Source of the DNA: a virus
Reading direction: 5' to 3' (one strand)
DNA: 64,000 nt
Virus record (IMG/VR): IMGVR_UViG_3300037391_000017
Location: 1 to 64,000 of that record
Position numbers and translations under genes: made by a program
Notes under the pieces: generated by a model
Told to the model about the DNA's origin: nothing
Seen by the model: only the letters and a program-made list of their open reading frames with translations
Database searches by the model: none
Shown: positions 18,566 through 28,987 of the stretch, one piece after another
How the letters are laid out: every line of letters begins with the position of its first letter
Position numbering within the stretch: position 1 is the stretch's first letter

Positions 18566-20284
18566 TTAAAAGCTGGATGCGAAATCTGGTGCTTCCAGCC
18601 CGATGATTGAGTCTGTCCACCACTTCGACAACTGGATGCTATTCGAAGTCGTGCACTGGTTCTTGTTATAGAAATCGCGGAACCCTTCGTCCAGAATGTA
18701 GGTGTGAGCCTTGTCCGTCATGCTGCGGACTACGCGGCCTGTCGCCTGCTCCAGAACCAGAGCCGTCAGCCATTGATACCACGCGGGGTCGCGATCCATG
18801 CGAGCCTTAACGTATGGGTCCATGAACGGGTACGGCACCTTCGTGACGACGCAGAACCGAGCCAAGTCTTCCTTCAAATCCAAGCCTTCGGTCATCGACG
18901 GGGAGAACAGAACGGTCGGCTCGGGGCTGGCAATGTGCTCCATCACCGCACGATCACGCGAACCCTTCGAGTTGTCGTGGGTGATGATACGGAACCCAAA
19001 CTCAGCTTTTAGGTACTCCACAAAATAGCGGTTGTTCTCGTAGCTGTGCGTGTGGATGATGCCCTTCTTGGTCGCGTACTTGCGGAGAATCTGCGCCATA
19101 AAAGCAGCCATCTTCGGCATCGTGTTCTTCTTGAAACGGAAGCCCATGTTGCCGCAGGGCTTGAAGAAAATCGGGCGATTCTCAAGCGGGAATTCGGAGT
19201 CAACCGCGAGGCAAGTCGCGTCCTTGGGGTTGATACCCAGATTACGCATGAATGTCGGGAAGTCCAGAATCGTAGCCGACATCAACAGAACCTTGTCAGC
19301 CTTGCTGAACAGGATATCGTCGGCGAACAGGGTAGCAGTCAGTGGCTTGATGGCGAGATCGGTCGTGCCCTTGCGCTTCTCCGCGTCCCAATCGCTCCAC
19401 GCCAGCCAGTCGCGGCGATCTTCGGCGTTCAGGAAGAAATTGATCTTGCCCATGAAACGTTCCATCGACTGGACTTTCTTGAGCAACTTGACGGCGAGTT
19501 CTTTGTCCTGCGTCTCTTTGGCAACGCTGATCTGCGATTTGAGGTTACGCTTGTGGCTCTCGTAGGCGGGAACGAATTCAGCGTGCAGCCAGTTCGCCAC
19601 GTCTTCATTGTAGCCAGCAGAGAAAATCGGCAAGCCGCCGACCACACCATACTCCTCGCAGCGGCGTTTGTCGATGACGGTATCCGTGAAGCCCAGAATC
19701 TTGCCTTCGCAATTGTGCGCTTCGTCGCACACGATCAGGTTGCGGTTCTTCAACTGCCCTGCGTGCATCGTCTCGTTCAAGTAGTAGTCGAAATTGGTGA
19801 CGCCCATCGGGGTCGATTGGAAGATGCGCTTAGCGGGCTTGTAGCCAGTGCAGGTCTCGACGTTGTGCTCTTCTTCGTACAGCATCGCTGCGGTCTCGCA
19901 ATCGATCTCCATGCCAGCCTGCTCAGTGAAGCCGTGGCAGGTGTAGTTGGACTGACCCTTGAGTTCCACGAGGCCGTTCGTGGCGAAGTCATCGACGTAC
20001 TGCTTGGTGAGAACTTTCTGCGGGGAGAGGATGTAGCCGCCCTTCTCGTAAACTTCACCGACTGCGGAATTCAAGGTCTTAGCCCAAGAGCAAGCGGCAA
20101 TGCCGACGCCGGATTTACCGAAGCCAGTCGGGCCTTCAAGCACATAGAACTTTTTGTCGCCACGGAATGCGTCCTGCACGCCGTTCATGGCTTGGGTCTG
20201 GGTCGCACGCTGGGTTGGGAATGGAAAGTGAGCGGTGATGTCGTTCGAAAACTCGCCGTTCAGATTTTTATCTATGGTTGGCAT
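18566..20284 (-). CDS. DinG/XPD-family SF2 helicase
   Basis: EGPTGFGKS, LKGQSNYTC, DEAH, MSAT, EGLD, QATGRVVR. Confidence 0.9.
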   Translation of the reverse strand: MPTIDKNLNGEFSNDITAHFPFPTQRATQTQAMNGVQDAFRGDKKFYVLEGPTGFGKSGVGIAACSWAKTLNSAVGEVYEKGGYILSPQKVLTKQYVDDFATNGLVELKGQSNYTCHGFTEQAGMEIDCETAAMLYEEEHNVETCTGYKPAKRIFQSTPMGVTNFDYYLNETMHAGQLKNRNLIVCDEAHNCEGKILGFTDTVIDKRRCEEYGVVGGLPIFSAGYNEDVANWLHAEFVPAYESHKRNLKSQISVAKETQDKELAVKLLKKVQSMERFMGKINFFLNAEDRRDWLAWSDWDAEKRKGTTDLAIKPLTATLFADDILFSKADKVLLMSATILDFPTFMRNLGINPKDATCLAVDSEFPLENRPIFFKPCGNMGFRFKKNTMPKMAAFMAQILRKYATKKGIIHTHSYENNRYFVEYLKAEFGFRIITHDNSKGSRDRAVMEHIASPEPTVLFSPSMTEGLDLKEDLARFCVVTKVPYPFMDPYVKARMDRDPAWYQWLTALVLEQATGRVVRSMTDKAHTYILDEGFRDFYNKNQCTTSNSIQLSKWWTDSIIGLEAPDFASSF

Positions 20285-20299
20285 CTTCTCTCCACCCCT

Positions 20300-20329
20300 A
20301 TTATACCCAAAACATGACCTGAATCGATA
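20300..20329 (-). promoter_or_regulatory. Conserved promoter TATCGA-N18-TATAAT
   Basis: Same motif family and spacing. Confidence 0.7.
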
Positions 20330-20365
20330 GAATTTTTGAACTTTATTACCCTTATTATCAACAAT

Positions 20366-21031
20366 TTACGGTATGAATATGCGGAAGCAATCCTGCGTAC
20401 ACTGAAAATCAGCAATCTGCTCCTTGTCACAGACGCCTCGCTCGATGTCGGGCAGGAAATTGCGGATGTTGTCGCGGATGTCCTCGATCTGTGCTCGGAA
20501 AAACGCATCCGTGACTTTACCCGGGTAGGTCGCCATTAGCCCGCGCATTTTCTGCATGTAATGCTGGCATACGTCCGTTGGCAGATAGCTGGTGGTCGAG
20601 CATTTACGCAGGAGCAACAACGCTTCGCCCATCCGTTGCTGCGGGTCGTCCAGATGATTATACAGGCAATTGAGCTTTGCCCACAACTTCAGGGGGTCGG
20701 GCAATTCCTCCCACCGTGGTGCGAGTTTTGAACCGATCACCAGAATCACATCATCGTACATTTCCTCGGCTCGTAAGTATCGCTCACAGGCTTTCAGTTC
20801 TGCTTCATCCATGGCGAGGAATCGTTCACGGCGGCGGGCTTTTTCCTGCTGAACAAAGGTAACTTGACAGGCGGCATCGCCTGCGTTACCCATTGCCGCG
20901 AGGTGGAGTTGGTGATAGGGGAGGAGACGGAGGGATGTTTCGTCGAACTTCTTGTCTTGCTCGATCAGGTCGCTGCGGAGATCGTAGAAATCCCGCCGCG
21001 CACTCCCGTATGATTCGACATCGACTTTCAT
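20366..21031 (-). CDS. Hypothetical helical protein
   Basis: 221 aa; GTATTAA-N6-ATG. Confidence 0.65.
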   Translation of the reverse strand: MKVDVESYGSARRDFYDLRSDLIEQDKKFDETSLRLLPYHQLHLAAMGNAGDAACQVTFVQQEKARRRERFLAMDEAELKACERYLRAEEMYDDVILVIGSKLAPRWEELPDPLKLWAKLNCLYNHLDDPQQRMGEALLLLRKCSTTSYLPTDVCQHYMQKMRGLMATYPGKVTDAFFRAQIEDIRDNIRNFLPDIERGVCDKEQIADFQCTQDCFRIFIP

Positions 21032-21215
21032 ACAGGTTTAATACCGCAATTGTTCCTTATGTGCCCAGACTTGTGATCGGAACAATAATAGACTTAACTG
21101 CTCCCGCAAGCCATACGACGGCAACGCCCGTTGTAGCATTCACAGCCACAATTTTTGCACTCTGTCCGTTCACCGTCGTTGTTTGTCCCATTTGGTTTGC
21201 CATAGATTCTCCCGA

Positions 21216-22886
21216 TTACGCTGTTCCAACAGCCAGCCAGAACACGTTCGCGGTATCGCCCGCACTGGATGATGTAATGACGAACGTGGTGCCCGAGGTG
21301 ACGGTTGCACATAGCGCGTTCGCTGGGGTCGTCGCCTCGTTGTAAAGAACCGTGACGATGTAGTTTGTGTCGGCAAATGCCGCAGCACCGGATAACGTGA
21401 CTATAACCGTCCCCGCCGCCAAAGTCGCTTTACCGCTCACAATGTGATTGTCGCCAGCGACAGGGCTGGTGCCCGTCTGTCCGTAGATGGGTGGGCTGGC
21501 CGCGATCCACTTAGTTCCAGTCACCGTGCTGCTCAGCACTTGACCGCTAGTTCCAACTGACGAGGTGCCGTCAGTCACCGTGCCAGTGAGTATGACGGAT
21601 GGGCTGGTGATGCTGGTGCCGCAGATGACAATACCGAGTTGATTCTTCTCCGTGGATGAAGCCTGATAAATGCCCCACGCATTAGTGTTCGACCCGCCCG
21701 AGTTCTGGTTCTGCGGCTGCATCAGGATGCCGTAGCGAGCGGTGAGCGTGCAGCCTGCTGGGACACGCGGGCCTTCCATGAAAATACCAGCGGAGCTTCC
21801 AATGGTTCCCGTTGCGTGCCCAACATAACCCATACCCGCGCAGTGGTAATTCCAGTGGTCGTCGAGGTTGTACACGCCATCGGGGTTGGAGAAGTTTCCG
21901 ATCAGCGACTCTGTATACAAGCCCACAACTTGATGGATTTGAACCGTGCTCGTATCACCACCCGGTAGTTGAACTGAGTTTTCAGTCACGATAGCCGTGA
22001 TGCCCACGCCGCTGCTGGAGCCGCTGATCGTCGTCTGCGTGGCGGTGGTCATGTTCACCGACAAGCCTGAGATGTACGCGCTGTCATCTAGGTCGGGATT
22101 TCCAACGGGAGCTATCACTACATTGATGGTCTCTCCGCTGAACGACATGTTTCCGTTCAAGGTTACTGTCGCCGCATGAGACTCCGCTACGCCTGCGGAA
22201 TTCAGGACAGTGATGGTGGTGCCCGTAGAGGACAAGACCAAGAATGTTCCGTTGTTCCCGCCGTTACTGAATCCGGCTACCGTAACGTAGCCGCCTGCGT
22301 AACCTGTGCCTTGGATCGTGCCCGTGTAAGTCGTCGTGCCTGACGCGGCGGTTGCAGCGGCAGATTCAGCTACGGCTGCACCATTCCACACAGTCAGCGT
22401 CGTCGCGGTGGATGCGATGCAGTAGAACGTACCGTTGTTCCCCGCGTTGACAAATCCGCTGATCGTGAACGAATATCCTGCGAATGCGTTCGACGCCCCA
22501 CCCGTGATGGTTCCAGTATAGATGGCGTATCCGTTGTATACGTTACCAACGGTCGCTGCGACTGATGTCAAGCTGAGACTGTACGTCGTAGCTGTTGCTG
22601 CGGCGGTCAATGTCATGGCAGCGAGAGGTTGAGATGGTGTCCATGTGCGATTGATGACCAGACCGTTTGACTCTGAGTTGTAGAATCCGCCGAAGGTTGG
22701 AATCAACGGGCCGAATGATGGGGCGTAGTCATCCGTAAGCACGATGAGCCCAGTGTTGAACGCTCCAACAGCGTAGCCGCCCGCTGAAATTTGAACTGCG
22801 GGAACGGCCTCTGTGCCAAACACACTTGTGCTTTGCAGGCTGCCTGAAGCCCCCACACCGCTAAAAATTGGATTTTCGTAGCTCAT
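21216..22886 (-). CDS. Fibre/virion structural-like protein
   Basis: Thr/Gly/Ser-rich; duplicated module (TISGFVNAGNNGTF / TVAGFSNGGNNGTF); GTSGQVLSSTVTG shared with the neighbouring gene. Confidence 0.65.
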   Translation of the reverse strand: MSYENPIFSGVGASGSLQSTSVFGTEAVPAVQISAGGYAVGAFNTGLIVLTDDYAPSFGPLIPTFGGFYNSESNGLVINRTWTPSQPLAAMTLTAAATATTYSLSLTSVAATVGNVYNGYAIYTGTITGGASNAFAGYSFTISGFVNAGNNGTFYCIASTATTLTVWNGAAVAESAAATAASGTTTYTGTIQGTGYAGGYVTVAGFSNGGNNGTFLVLSSTGTTITVLNSAGVAESHAATVTLNGNMSFSGETINVVIAPVGNPDLDDSAYISGLSVNMTTATQTTISGSSSGVGITAIVTENSVQLPGGDTSTVQIHQVVGLYTESLIGNFSNPDGVYNLDDHWNYHCAGMGYVGHATGTIGSSAGIFMEGPRVPAGCTLTARYGILMQPQNQNSGGSNTNAWGIYQASSTEKNQLGIVICGTSITSPSVILTGTVTDGTSSVGTSGQVLSSTVTGTKWIAASPPIYGQTGTSPVAGDNHIVSGKATLAAGTVIVTLSGAAAFADTNYIVTVLYNEATTPANALCATVTSGTTFVITSSSAGDTANVFWLAVGTA

Positions 22887-22889
22887 ATA

Positions 22890-25800
22890 TTAGTAAATCC
22901 AGTATTGCGTTCCGTCCCACTGTACAGTGACGCTTTGTCCTTGTGTAGAGAGGGTGACGGTTGGACCGAAATCAATGTTCACAGTTGATGCCACGGTGAT
23001 TATGCCGATGCCGATGTTCTTGATGTAGTATTCCTGTCCAATCACGATCCCAGTTGTCGGCAGCGTCACGGTGAATGTGCCGTTGCAGTTGATCGTGTGA
23101 TCGAACTCCGTGGCGGTATACGTCGTGGTCTGCGTCTGAATGCTGGTAGCAAAGCCGCCCGTAGCAACCGTGCCTGTCTGGGAACCAACGGTTTGACCAA
23201 CAGCGAACACACCAGCCGATACACGAGACAGGAAGATGTCAGTTGCCGCCGCACCGAAGCCTAAGTAGCTCGTGTACAAATCCATCACGGATGGGGTTGT
23301 ATCGCTTAGATGGAAGTGAGGAACCCCCGAGAGACTAACCTGAGCCTGCCCTGTTGCGCTAAGAATCTCGATTGTGGTGTCGTACAACTGAATGGTGTGC
23401 GCTGGGAGACCGCTGTTTACCAACCAGAGGGAGCCGCTAGTGTCCAGATACATGTTCGGCGTCCCGCTGCCGTTGATGTACCAGTCTTGGATGTCAGAAC
23501 TATTTGGATCGCCCGTCACTGACAAAGCTACAGCGGGGTTTATCGCGTTTGTTTCATCAATCGTTACAGGCGTGCTGCTAATTGTGACTTGATCGCCGCC
23601 ACCCGTGCCCGGGATGATAAAGACATGACCTTCAGTCTCACCGAAAATCTTAAACACACCGGGCTGCAATTGCACTGTCGCGCCTGCGGTGTCTTCCATG
23701 AACAACTGAACGCCGCGAGTATCACCGTAGGCAGTAACCGTCATGCCGGGGTTTGCCGTGCCTTGTATGTACCAGTTCTGGATCGGGTCGGCGAAAGTAT
23801 CACTGTACAGAGACAACGCTACGACTGGAGCCAGTGCTGGGTCTGGGGTGATCGACATCTGACCGATCCCATCAATACTCGCGATTGGAGTTCCGTTACC
23901 GTTTACGTACCAATCCTGAATGTCACTATCCGCCGCATCACCTGTCGTGGACAATGCCACGCCTGTGCCTGTAGGTGCAAGAGCGACGGCACCAGCCGTC
24001 GTAACGGAGCTTCCCGCGATACCTGCAAAGGCACCCGCGAGGTTGTACTGAATCTCAGTCGGCGACCCGCCCGGTGTTCCTGTTGCTGGAATCCATGCAA
24101 CGCCCGTTACCGTGGAACTCAGAACGTAACCGCTTGCGCCGGGGGAAGCCGATCCGTCCAGCAATGTCGAGTTGATCTGCGCGGGACCGCCGAAGAAACT
24201 CGTGCCCTCGGTCGCGTAAAACGCCCAGTAAGTTGAAGGCGCTGTTCCAGCGTGAGCACCGATGAACACGCCGTAGTAAGTACCGAATGTCCCAGTGTTG
24301 AAGATGCCATCAACCTTAACGCCATATCCAGTAGTGACTATGCCGGGGGCAGAATTGACCACGGTAACTTCTACGCCAACAAGCGTCGTGATTGTGCCTT
24401 GTGCTCCTTCAGCGGCGAATACACCACCTTGAACTAGAGTGGTGGAAGCGCCCGCAGATGCACCAGCGGAAATACCTACAATCGAATTCGCAGCGCCAGT
24501 TCCGGGGTTCGCACTAACTGATGTGCTGATACCAGTGATGTTATCAATGGTTCCACTGCTCTCGTGCGTGTAGCTGGTCGAGATTGTTGAAACGCTTCCA
24601 AAGTTCGCTGTCCCATCCGTGGACATCGTTGCTTCGTAGCCAATGTAGTCGGTGCCTGTGAAGTCGCCTGAGCCGTTGACCGTCAGGTTCATCTGATAGC
24701 CAGAATAAATGGATGGCGTCGTCGTGGTGAACAAATCCAGCACATCGATGCGGCTGTTCGGAATGTCCCCACCTGCCGAGATGTTGTTTCCGACAGCTAA
24801 GGCCGCGTCGAAAGCTGACACTGTGTTTGTTGTGTCCCAGACAAATTCAGCAGAACCGCCGAATGCTCCCGAGTTGTTGTACTGAACATTCGTGTTTGCA
24901 CCACCCGGGGATGTAACAGTCGGTGTTGCCCACGCTGCTGCCGTACCACTTGTCGCTGTGAGTACCTGTCCCGTAGTCGGTGCCGTCTGACTGACCAGCA
25001 CTAACCAAAGCTGAGTCGCTTCCACCACGCCCGATCCGCTGACCATGAGCGTTGCACCTGAATCTACGACCATTGCGGCGGAAGTATTTGTGCCTGACAA
25101 GATGTCGGTGAATGAGGTTGTCGCTGCGCTGGATGGAGTCCATGCGGAACCGTCCCACACGATTGCTTCGCCAGTTGTTGCACCTGACTGCGGGATGTCG
25201 GCGAGGGTGAACGTCACCACCCCAGTGCGAGTGTTGAACGAGTTTACAACGGGCTGCCACGAAGGAATACCACCCACCACCGTCAGTGCTTGACCAGTTG
25301 TACCGATGGGCAGACGCAATGGTCCTGCCGCGCCCTCGTAAATCATATCCCCCGTTGTGGTCATGGGATTGATTATCACGTTCGCTAAAGAAACACCTGA
25401 ATCCTGCGTATTGCCGAACACGTCAAAGGTGACGATATCGCCAGCGGTGATACCGCCCGCTCCCGAAGGAACGGTGATGGTCTCGGCGGCTCCAAAGGTG
25501 ACGCTCGCGCCTGTGGAGATCGCCCTACCATTCAGAGCACCTCCGACAAACGAAATTCCAGCTTGAGCGATGATGGTTCCTACAAAACTACCCGTGGCTT
25601 GGTTAGCATCGAAGGTAGCCGCACTGCCGACCACAAAAATCACATCCGCCGCTGACGCACCGTTGGTAAGAACAAACGTTGTCGGAGCCGTGGTGACATT
25701 CAACGCAGAACCAACTTGGAAGATGTAAACCCCAGCACCGTTCAGGGTTACGGTTCCACCCGAGAAAAGCAACGTGCTTGATGCGGTGTACGTTCCCGGA

Positions 25801-26768
25801 GTGAAGGTTTGCGAGGCGACAGACGATATGATCGTACCTGCGGGCAACGTGGAGTAGTAGTTATACGCGGCGACCGCAGCCGTTTGAGCCGCACCTGCGT
25901 CGGCATTATCTACGGTAGCTGGGGGCGGGTTGAAGCCTGTGATGCTCGGGGTTGGCGATGATCCAATGACGCCGCCAGTGATTGAGGTCGAGCCCGTATT
26001 AGTGATTCCAGCCGAAGCAAGAACAGCATAGTTCGCCGCCGAGCCCAATTCCGTAGTAACGGGGGACGCGGGTGGGGCGGGATTTGTCAGTTGAACAAGA
26101 GTGCCATTACCCTGAGCACTGCAAATTTGAGACGTTGAGAGGCAGCCAGACAAGCGGCTGAAATCGTTAAAGCCCGCGAGGAATATGGCGGTCACAACAT
26201 TGGGAGCAGTGAAAGCTACGACGTATCCGACAGTTTGATCGAGGCTTGGAGCGCCCGGTCGAGTGAGGGTGATGCCGCCCGGTGTGACAGCCGACAAGTA
26301 AACTTCCGCACCAACACTGCTGAGAGAAAATTCGTGGTTCTGATCGATGTACTCGAAAAGGCCGCTGAATGCAACGGTTCCGGGCTGTCCTGCGTCGATA
26401 GGTGACGTTAGAAAACCTTGAGCAGACAAGGCTAGGGTCGGGGGTGAACCGCTGCCAGCTTCGGCAAGTTCTGCCGTCAAAACACCGCCAACACTGTAAA
26501 GATGAACGAGGGGGGCACCGAGTTGAAGGTTTGTAGCCGCCACAGCGGTGACGCCAGTGTTTAGCAGCGAGGGATCAAGAACACCATTCGGGTTGAGAAC
26601 TACGGGCACACCATACGACGCTGGTCCGAGCGATTGCACAATAACACCATCGACACCCGTAACGATGTCAATCAAGTTCGATCCCGTTTGCTGCGGCACA
26701 ATCGGTGCTGCCACAACCTGATTCGGGTTGATGTTAAAGACGCAGACTCTTGTCGGTGATTGTGCCAT
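22890..26768 (-). CDS. Large fibre-like protein with an ice-binding (DUF3494) domain
   Basis: LGSAANYAVLASAGITNTGSTSITG, FTPGTY, YIFQVGSAL, LTNGASAADVIFVVGSAAT, FVGTIIA, LNGRA; fibre linkers; C-terminal QWDGTQYWI. Confidence 0.8.
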   Translation of the reverse strand: MAQSPTRVCVFNINPNQVVAAPIVPQQTGSNLIDIVTGVDGVIVQSLGPASYGVPVVLNPNGVLDPSLLNTGVTAVAATNLQLGAPLVHLYSVGGVLTAELAEAGSGSPPTLALSAQGFLTSPIDAGQPGTVAFSGLFEYIDQNHEFSLSSVGAEVYLSAVTPGGITLTRPGAPSLDQTVGYVVAFTAPNVVTAIFLAGFNDFSRLSGCLSTSQICSAQGNGTLVQLTNPAPPASPVTTELGSAANYAVLASAGITNTGSTSITGGVIGSSPTPSITGFNPPPATVDNADAGAAQTAAVAAYNYYSTLPAGTIISSVASQTFTPGTYTASSTLLFSGGTVTLNGAGVYIFQVGSALNVTTAPTTFVLTNGASAADVIFVVGSAATFDANQATGSFVGTIIAQAGISFVGGALNGRAISTGASVTFGAAETITVPSGAGGITAGDIVTFDVFGNTQDSGVSLANVIINPMTTTGDMIYEGAAGPLRLPIGTTGQALTVVGGIPSWQPVVNSFNTRTGVVTFTLADIPQSGATTGEAIVWDGSAWTPSSAATTSFTDILSGTNTSAAMVVDSGATLMVSGSGVVEATQLWLVLVSQTAPTTGQVLTATSGTAAAWATPTVTSPGGANTNVQYNNSGAFGGSAEFVWDTTNTVSAFDAALAVGNNISAGGDIPNSRIDVLDLFTTTTPSIYSGYQMNLTVNGSGDFTGTDYIGYEATMSTDGTANFGSVSTISTSYTHESSGTIDNITGISTSVSANPGTGAANSIVGISAGASAGASTTLVQGGVFAAEGAQGTITTLVGVEVTVVNSAPGIVTTGYGVKVDGIFNTGTFGTYYGVFIGAHAGTAPSTYWAFYATEGTSFFGGPAQINSTLLDGSASPGASGYVLSSTVTGVAWIPATGTPGGSPTEIQYNLAGAFAGIAGSSVTTAGAVALAPTGTGVALSTTGDAADSDIQDWYVNGNGTPIASIDGIGQMSITPDPALAPVVALSLYSDTFADPIQNWYIQGTANPGMTVTAYGDTRGVQLFMEDTAGATVQLQPGVFKIFGETEGHVFIIPGTGGGDQVTISSTPVTIDETNAINPAVALSVTGDPNSSDIQDWYINGSGTPNMYLDTSGSLWLVNSGLPAHTIQLYDTTIEILSATGQAQVSLSGVPHFHLSDTTPSVMDLYTSYLGFGAAATDIFLSRVSAGVFAVGQTVGSQTGTVATGGFATSIQTQTTTYTATEFDHTINCNGTFTVTLPTTGIVIGQEYYIKNIGIGIITVASTVNIDFGPTVTLSTQGQSVTVQWDGTQYWIY

Positions 26769-27433
26769 TATCTAGTCCTCTGAGGCCACTCGACCCTCTT
26801 ATGCTTCATCTCCGCTAACTCAGGAAAATCTTCTTCAGCCTCGAAGTCCTGTGCCACAGCAACAGGATTTGGTGGGGTCTTATCGAACTTGGGGGAATTG
26901 CCGAGATCATCCAACTCTGGGGACTTCCCGTCCGTGCCGCCGCGCTCGAAAACTTCCCCGCTAACATCGTATCCGTAGGCTAGTTTTTGTTGAGACCCAC
27001 GTTTCTTGTTGGCGTCCAGAGTCAAGGCGTCCAGCACTCGATGGAGCTTCATCATGGCGTAGGACTGATAGACGGTCGCCATGCCGTAGTCCCCCGCCTT
27101 GCCGTAGGAGCTTGCGATGTCAAAATCGTGGTGGGAGTTCGTTACGTCGCGGGCGATGTCCCTGCGGGTGCTAAGTTCTTTGGAAACGTCTTCCAGCCCC
27201 AGCACAAGCTCCCGAAGATGAGTTTCGGTCTGGGTGTAAAGCTCTTGATCCTGTTCGGGAGCCTTCAGGCGATCCCAAACGGCGTAGATTTCCATGTAGG
27301 TGTCGCGGAGATAGTTCACGTCCTGCGGCCAAGAGGCCCCAGATTGCAGCAAAGCACTGGGAAATTGCGGGGTTGTCTGAAGAGGGGCAACCGCCGAGGC
27401 AGCTAATTTGATGATGGGAAGACGGACAGGCAT
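26768..27433 (-). CDS. Hypothetical protein
   Basis: AGGAG SD; stop overlaps the downstream ATG. Confidence 0.65.
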   Translation of the reverse strand: MPVRLPIIKLAASAVAPLQTTPQFPSALLQSGASWPQDVNYLRDTYMEIYAVWDRLKAPEQDQELYTQTETHLRELVLGLEDVSKELSTRRDIARDVTNSHHDFDIASSYGKAGDYGMATVYQSYAMMKLHRVLDALTLDANKKRGSQQKLAYGYDVSGEVFERGGTDGKSPELDDLGNSPKFDKTPPNPVAVAQDFEAEEDFPELAEMKHKRVEWPQRTR

Positions 27434-27460
27434 CTGGGCTCCTGTCTAAGAGCCAGAAAG

Positions 27461-28045
27461 TCAGATTCGATAGGACTGCCAAACCTCGGTGTCGAGTTCG
27501 CGGACGGTCTTGCCCCGCTTTTTGGCTTCGGCGATAAAGGCTTGCTCTAGTTCAAGATACCGCCTGCCCGCCTGAGGGGTGCTTTTGGGGGCGTTGTACC
27601 CCTGAAGCTTCAACCATTTGAGGATGTGGGTATCCAGCGGGACGCAGTTGGCCTCGGGCTCGTAGTACAGGATGGTCATGCGAGCGGTTTTGGGGCCAAT
27701 ACCCGGAATTTTCTCCAGCGATTCGATACTGACATGAGCGAGGTCGATGTTGACGGCGGCGGGGAACGCCTTGCGGTAGAGCTTGTACTTGCCGAGTTTG
27801 TGTTTGCGAAGGTAATAGTTAAGAGTGTTGTAATAGATGGCGTGCTTGACGATCTCGAACGGCGAGACACCCTCATAACCCGGCATGGTGCTGCGGATGT
27901 CATCCAGAAAGGCGCGGAGCTTTTTCTCCGTACCCTTCGCACTCTTGCCCGCCACGCAGATGCCGAAGAGAATCCACCACTCAAGCTGGAGTTTGGTCAT
28001 CCGTTTTGGCAAGTTGGTTGGGTCCACCGCTGCTGTCACTACCAT
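27461..28045 (-). CDS. HhH-GPD superfamily DNA glycosylase-like protein
   Basis: LEKIPGIGPKTARM, VPLDTHILKW, YLELE, ELDTEVW. Confidence 0.8.
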   Translation of the reverse strand: MVVTAAVDPTNLPKRMTKLQLEWWILFGICVAGKSAKGTEKKLRAFLDDIRSTMPGYEGVSPFEIVKHAIYYNTLNYYLRKHKLGKYKLYRKAFPAAVNIDLAHVSIESLEKIPGIGPKTARMTILYYEPEANCVPLDTHILKWLKLQGYNAPKSTPQAGRRYLELEQAFIAEAKKRGKTVRELDTEVWQSYRI

Positions 28046-28298
28046 CTTCCTTAACCTCACTCCACGTTCCGTCAACGATCTGGTTGACAAAAACTTTGAA
28101 CTTGAAACCCTTGCGTTGCCAATCAGGTTCCACTTGAATCTGGGCGTTCGGACCCAATTCCTGAATCACGCCCTCAGGAATGAAGACTTCCCAGCCGCCA
28201 TCGATCCTATAACCGAACTTGCGGATGAGCAGCCCTAACGCAGCTAGGGGGTCTTGTTTAATAGCCGATCTCCTCGATGATACCGATGACCTCAGCAA
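27981..28298 (-). CDS. Hypothetical protein (start uncertain)
   Basis: Protein-like composition; fills the gap in the operon. Confidence 0.45.
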   Translation of the reverse strand: MLRSSVSSRRSAIKQDPLAALGLLIRKFGYRIDGGWEVFIPEGVIQELGPNAQIQVEPDWQRKGFKFKVFVNQIVDGTWSEVKEDGSDSSGGPNQLAKTDDQTPA

Positions 28299-28419
28299 GG
28301 ATCAGGAACACGGCGCAGGCATAAATAGCGGGGTGGTGATCCACGAAGAACAGGCAGCCGTATCCGAGGATTCGGACACCGCTCTTGACGTAACTAATTT
28401 TCGCGTGTGCGCTCGCCAT
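28258..28419 (-). CDS. 53-aa membrane peptide (MASAHAKISYVKSGVRILGY...)
   Basis: Read manually; start overlaps upstream stop. Confidence 0.6.
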   Translation of the reverse strand: MASAHAKISYVKSGVRILGYGCLFFVDHHPAIYACAVFLILAEVIGIIEEIGY

Positions 28420-28724
28420 TACTGATACGGCCTTTCACGTTTATGCAATTCCTTGACCAGTTCTTTGTAGGGAAGGTTCTGGATCGCTTCTTTGTCGTGC
28501 TGTTCCTTTTGATTGGAGACGCAGGATTCATTGTCTTTATCAAGAGGCTTTATCGATTTGTCACTCGTGTACGAATATGGCTCGTACACCTTGTACTGAC
28601 ACCCGTCAAAGATCACGATCTCAGGCCCCATTGCTTTTTCGATGGCCTTGACGCCCAGCATGACTGGATAGGCCGCGACTAGGCAGCCCAGCAGAACGTA
28701 TGCTCTGATCTCGTCGCCGTTCAT
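28419..28724 (-). CDS. Hypothetical protein with an N-terminal hydrophobic segment
   Basis: ATGA overlap coupling. Confidence 0.6.
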   Translation of the reverse strand: MNGDEIRAYVLLGCLVAAYPVMLGVKAIEKAMGPEIVIFDGCQYKVYEPYSYTSDKSIKPLDKDNESCVSNQKEQHDKEAIQNLPYKELVKELHKRERPYQ

Positions 28725-28987
28725 CGCACCAAGCCCCTACCGTGGGCATTGGGAGCCGCACCTTCGCTCAGCATGATGTCCACCGCCACGCGAGCGTGGA
28801 AGCGAGCCCCAGCGGGACTCAGGTTGTACTTAGGGTCGCGGAATTGTTTGATTTTCTCGTTCAGCAGTTTGTGGCGAAACTTCCGACGTGCGGCCTTGCG
28901 TGCTCCTTGGCCGCGATGTTCCCTGACTGGTGCCGCTTCGACTACGGGCTCAGCCGCTTTCTTCTTTTTGAACGGGTTCAGATTCAT
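28721..28987 (-). CDS. Small basic hypothetical protein
   Basis: ATGA overlap coupling. Confidence 0.6.
   Translation of the reverse strand: MNLNPFKKKKAAEPVVEAAPVREHRGQGARKAARRKFRHKLLNEKIKQFRDPKYNLSPAGARFHARVAVDIMLSEGAAPNAHGRGLVR

Noticed and set aside
7784-20317. Long plus-strand ORFs 7784-8911, 9505-10320, 11789-12673, 19046-20317
   Set aside because: Antisense shadows of strongly codon-biased minus-strand genes; no motifs or start signals.
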